Positions 62,375 to 64,000 of a DNA stretch of 64,000 nucleotides are shown here, piece by piece. How positions within the stretch are numbered: position 1 is the first letter of the stretch; the number at the start of each line of letters is the position of its first letter. This DNA is from Candidatus Saccharibacteria bacterium CPR2. Lineage in GTDB: Bacteria > Patescibacteriota > Saccharimonadia > Saccharimonadales > QWHN01. The notes under the pieces are model-generated. The model saw only the letters and a list, made by a program, of their open reading frames with translations. It ran no database searches and was not told the DNA's origin. The DNA is taken from contig QWHN01000001.1 of NCBI GenBank assembly GCA_021404905.1, positions 66,162 through 130,161 of the forward strand, in the 5' to 3' direction. Both the position numbers and the translations under genes were made by a program.

Positions 62375-64000
62375 TTAGAACCCAAATACTTTCTTTAGAG
62401 TATTTAAAATTATAGTTATAATGCTTTCGCTTGCTCTTCCTATGATAGCAGACTGATCTTTTCCATACCCGGCATTTCTCGCGCCGTCATTGGAAACAGG
62501 TCTTAAGTGGTAAACCTGTGATGTTGCCAGATCAGAAACGATTACCGTGTGCTCCGTAACTAACGCTGTGTCTTCAGCGGTTTTGTTGTTGTATGTATCA
62601 CCACTCGAGCCTTCACCGTACTCAACCTGGCTGGTAGATGGTTCATCCGTCTTCCATGAAACAATTATCTGACCTTTCGATTCACTGCCGGCACCTCGAA
62701 TTGATGGTTCTATTAAGATCTCATCGACTTTCGGCGGACGCGTATCAAGAGCCGTGCGGAAGGTTTGCGTATCAGAAATTGCTACGTTGCCGTCTTTGTC
62801 TCTAGATTCAGCAATAAGTGAATATTCGCTATCGTCTAGTAATCCTCTTATTAATACCTTGTGGTCCGTTACCATTGTCGAATCAACAATTTCCTTTGAA
62901 CCCTGAGCTGGAGTTTGATACCTAACCAAAGAAGTTGATAGAACGTTTGTCGTCCATGTGACTTGTTGGGTGCTGGTTGGCTCACCTTCGACTGGCTCAA
63001 ATCTCAGGTTTTCTATCCTTGGCCTCGGGGGTGTTTCGAAAGACAGTACCGTGCCTTCGTATTCCGTGCCCTCAGAATCCACCGGATTTAAGCGATAGAA
63101 ATATTTCACGCCATCACTTAAGCCTGCAAGTTCAGATGTGTAGGTAGATTCCGCGACCGAGGTATTAGTTGTAGTTAAGCCGCCAAAGCCCTCGCTCTCG
63201 CCATAATAGAGTTTTACTTTCACGGCATTCTTTGATGTAAACTCAACAATCGCTCCAGTCAGTGTAATGTTTTTAACGGTTACGTCCTTTATTGATGGTG
63301 GCGGATCGGTAGTAAATGAATACTCGCTTGAAACTCCAGTATTGCCATCTTCATCAGTCCACTTGGCAACATAGTAATAGGTCGTGCCGGCTGCCAGATT
63401 GTCGAGCGTTACTTCATGGGCAGTAATTTGGTCAGAGATGGATACCTCCGAGGCACTATATTTCCCGCTCTGCGTTCCAAACGCGATTTTTGAATCACTA
63501 GCTCTGTCCGTACTCCAAGTTATGGTTGCTTTTTTAGTACTTATATTACCCGCCTCAGGCTCGGCAACCAGATTCGCCGGTTCCGTAAATTTACCAGTAG
63601 GCAACATTGATACTGCTGTGCTCTGCGCGCCACAATTATTGGTTGAATCGCAAGCGGCAACTTTATAGTAGTAAGTTATCTGACTTAAGTTGGCGTCAAT
63701 ATAGGTCGTGCTCGAGCTAGTACCAACCTCAGAGAAACTAACATTATTTGTTGAACGGTAAACTTTGTAGTTCGCGACTCCGGCACCGACATTAGATGGA
63801 GTGTCCCAGGTGATGGCAAGGCGCCATTTACTCGTAGATTTAATTGACACGTCAGCAATGTCCGGGTTGAGAGGTATGCCCGGCGCTGTGGTGTTGGCGG
63901 TAAATGTTGTCGAGGCGTAAAGCGAATAGTTAATATTGCTTGATTCATCCTTTGCTACTACATAGAAAGTATTGCTCCCCGGCTGATTCGCGTATGCTCC
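62375..64000 (-). CDS. large FN3-repeat surface protein, partial (5' end beyond window)
   Basis: Repeats of the ..TITWSTDRASDSKIAFG..YYYVAKWTDEDGN.. type. Own translation shows the frame stays open upstream of the track's GTG (63850) to position 64000 (GAYANQPGSNTFYVVAKDESSN..). Confidence 0.75.
   Translation of the reverse strand, partial: GAYANQPGSNTFYVVAKDESSNINYSLYASTTFTANTTAPGIPLNPDIADVSIKSTSKWRLAITWDTPSNVGAGVANYKVYRSTNNVSFSEVGTSSSTTYIDANLSQITYYYKVAACDSTNNCGAQSTAVSMLPTGKFTEPANLVAEPEAGNISTKKATITWSTDRASDSKIAFGTQSGKYSASEVSISDQITAHEVTLDNLAAGTTYYYVAKWTDEDGNTGVSSEYSFTTDPPPSIKDVTVKNITLTGAIVEFTSKNAVKVKLYYGESEGFGGLTTTNTSVAESTYTSELAGLSDGVKYFYRLNPVDSEGTEYEGTVLSFETPPRPRIENLRFEPVEGEPTSTQQVTWTTNVLSTSLVRYQTPAQGSKEIVDSTMVTDHKVLIRGLLDDSEYSLIAESRDKDGNVAISDTQTFRTALDTRPPKVDEILIEPSIRGAGSESKGQIIVSWKTDEPSTSQVEYGEGSSGDTYNNKTAEDTALVTEHTVIVSDLATSQVYHLRPVSNDGARNAGYGKDQSAIIGRASESIITIILNTLKKVFGF

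Overview
AT-rich, gene-dense bacterial window using standard code 11 (TGA ends several clear genes). The gene content suggests a CPR/Patescibacteria-like organism, but that is inference only. It includes many small membrane or secreted hypothetical proteins, a pilin-type signal, an archaeal-type AspRS and few biosynthetic genes. About 75 features can be supported.

Housekeeping genes include a P-type ATPase, a class-I disulfide reductase, a DEAD-box helicase, an FtsB/DivIC-like protein, Glu dehydrogenase, MurC, dUTPase, MscS, AspRS, CorA, a Kef-type antiporter, NadD and the CCA-adding enzyme. There are three tRNA genes, all with a CAT anticodon.

Main points of interest:
1. A ~10.5 kb integrative element (about 45.55-56.0 kb) carries a large serine recombinase and splits a BNR-repeat/dockerin surface-protein gene into two fragments.
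2. Its cargo is one tightly coupled minus-strand operon: Type I hsdR, a fused hsdM-hsdS, an OAS/CD-NTase-like nucleotidyltransferase and a small TM protein. The last two genes look like a minimal CBASS-like or new module riding behind the R-M system.
3. A cohesin-dockerin surface-display cluster (36.7-45.6 kb) has two paralogous C-terminally TM-anchored scaffoldin-like proteins, two dockerin proteins and a dockerin remnant.
4. Several non-coding structures stand out. These are a ~260-nt leader with an SD-sequestering hairpin ahead of a Zn-ribbon-protein/nadD operon, nested tRNA-fMet 3'-end repeats with a tRNA-like pseudo-copy, long inverted repeats bracketing another tRNA, a shared leader motif upstream of the CAT tRNAs, and a recurring GGGAATT/CCCAATT-word hairpin element between convergent genes.

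All functional calls rest on motifs read by eye from the supplied translations. No database search was possible.
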